The notes beneath the pieces were generated by a model. It saw only the letters and a list, made by a program, of their open reading frames with translations. It made no database searches and was not told the origin of the DNA. From NCBI GenBank assembly GCA_047495785.1, contig JBLDXI010000021.1:1922001-1986000 (forward strand): a DNA stretch of 64,000 nucleotides, read 5' to 3'. Shown piece after piece: positions 62,472-64,000 of the stretch. How positions within the stretch are numbered: position 1 is the stretch's first letter; each line of letters opens with the position of its first letter. The position numbers and the translations under genes were made by a program. This stretch comes from Lepidodermella squamata (taxonomy: Eukaryota; Animalia; Gastrotricha).

Positions 62472-64000
62472 AACCGCTGTAGCTGATATGACTAGTACCT
62501 TACCACAACCCCACCATTTCGATTTCGATTCTACAAAAAACAACAAAGTTTTTATCCCGATATTTTGCGATATTTTGCAGATTACGCACGAGTTGTTAAA
62601 TTGCTGTTCTACAGTACCAGTTAACGTTTCCTTTTTTCCTAATTAAATCTCGCCCACATTTCCGGTATTTCTTTCCGATTAATTTCCTTCAATATCGTAA
62701 TAAATTTGTAATTTCGAGGTTAACTAAACCTAATGCTGATACAATTATGTAGAATAAACCAATAATATTTGTGAATTCTTTTCGGATATTTGAAATTAGG
62801 ACAGGAAAGAATTAGGACAGGCGTTTTTATTCCTTTCTAATCATGAGTTTTATATGACCTATAGCTATTATAATCGAAAGTAATGTCGCGTATTCTGCGA
62901 CCATGAAATTATCCCTCGGAGAGTACGAGCCATTATGGAGGAAGAGATTGAGAGCAAATGTGTTTTAATTCGACAGGTTTAAGTGTATGCGAGGTTCTCA
63001 TCTTAGCTGCAGTGGCGCCGCTGACAAAATAAGCATCATTTTATTCACATAAACAATGTGTGATATGACATATGGCAAAATAAAGCTTGGACTGCCGACA
63101 ACTATACCGTGTTTAACATTTTATTTGTTTTGGTGTTCTTCTAAGGACAACAGCTTTTCACTGAAGTTCCGTTAGTTTTTTGTTATAACAGAGCGCAGAT
63201 TTTTTCGCCAAGATGCAGAACGTGATTTTCAGCTGGTACATTCGCCGCCTCTGGCAATAAAAAAAGTGTTACATTTCAAACAATTCTCCCTTATTTTTCG
63301 TTCACAGCAGAAAAATCTACACACTCGTAAAGGTGCGATACACCTGGCGTATTTTTTACGAAAATAAACAATCCAAAACCGCGCTATTATATGAAGCACG
63401 TCGGCCACGGTTATCTTTGGGCTATCGAAGCACTGATCCTTACTGTATTTCTATGTACATGCGTGGAAATGAAGTGCATAGCTTGTTTTTTAGACGCTCA
63501 TCCTGCGCTCATATTAGAGAAACAGATACACGCGAAGCGGAATATACTTATTCTGATTTTTAACGCTCAGTAATATAAACCTAGCCGGCGGCGGAACTTG
63601 GCCTAAAGTAAGGGTGCCACTATAAACCGCGATTCAATACATATTCGCATCTTACTCCCTCCTCTTTACAATTGCGTCTTTTGTGCTATCTGTGCTGTAT
63701 CAATGCAGGCAGACGGAAGTGTGCCCGCTTGCGCCATAAACCCAGCTGCATTTTTGGAGCGATCAAATAAAAACATGGCCGTAACTATTACATAATTATA
63801 CAAACGCGTTTTTCGCCAAACCATTTGCTGCAACTGTAAAACAATTCGATTTTTATTGTTTACTGCATTTCGCACCCGCGTGCTGTTTTATGTTGTATTT
63901 TTTTCTTACTGTTTTTCCCGAGAGATCAAATCAGACGCTGTCCAGCTATTGTTCAGTTCAGTGCCATTAACTTTCCGTATAGAATACCATGAAGGGCATT

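Noticed and set aside
1-64000. Prokaryotic systems (CRISPR arrays, defence operons), rRNA and tRNA genes
   Set aside because: The sequence is intron-containing animal DNA; no repeat-spacer array or recognisable rRNA/tRNA was seen

Overview
Gene-dense eukaryotic DNA, evidently from a metazoan invertebrate. Introns are mostly 45-60 nt GT-AG, and CpG is not obviously depleted. About 24 protein-coding genes are supported: an SLC5 symporter, a low-complexity nuclear protein with SIM/PxDLS-like motifs, two paralogous WxxPVFamide neuropeptide precursors, an LRR membrane protein, a Ly6/three-finger protein, a SAXO-like ciliary protein, UVSSA, MAP9, integrin alpha, two unknown low-complexity proteins, ADO, DDX10, ELP1, cyclin A, HAT1, RNASEH2A, a Tctex1-domain protein and four tandem secreted six-cysteine proteins. 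The most unusual part is 41.6-56.3 kb, where two operon-like clusters (ELP1-DDX10-ADO on minus; cyclin A-HAT1-RNASEH2A on plus) diverge from one short promoter region. The inferred 5'-UTR intron of cyclin A holds a ~660-nt, densely base-paired non-coding segment with GNRA/UUCG loops, an H/ACA-like 3' end and a (CUACC)3 tract. This is a candidate intron-encoded telomerase RNA or another large ncRNA. A TIR-bounded non-autonomous transposon sits in a HAT1 intron. All gene models and RNA pairings were derived by eye, without database searches or folding software.
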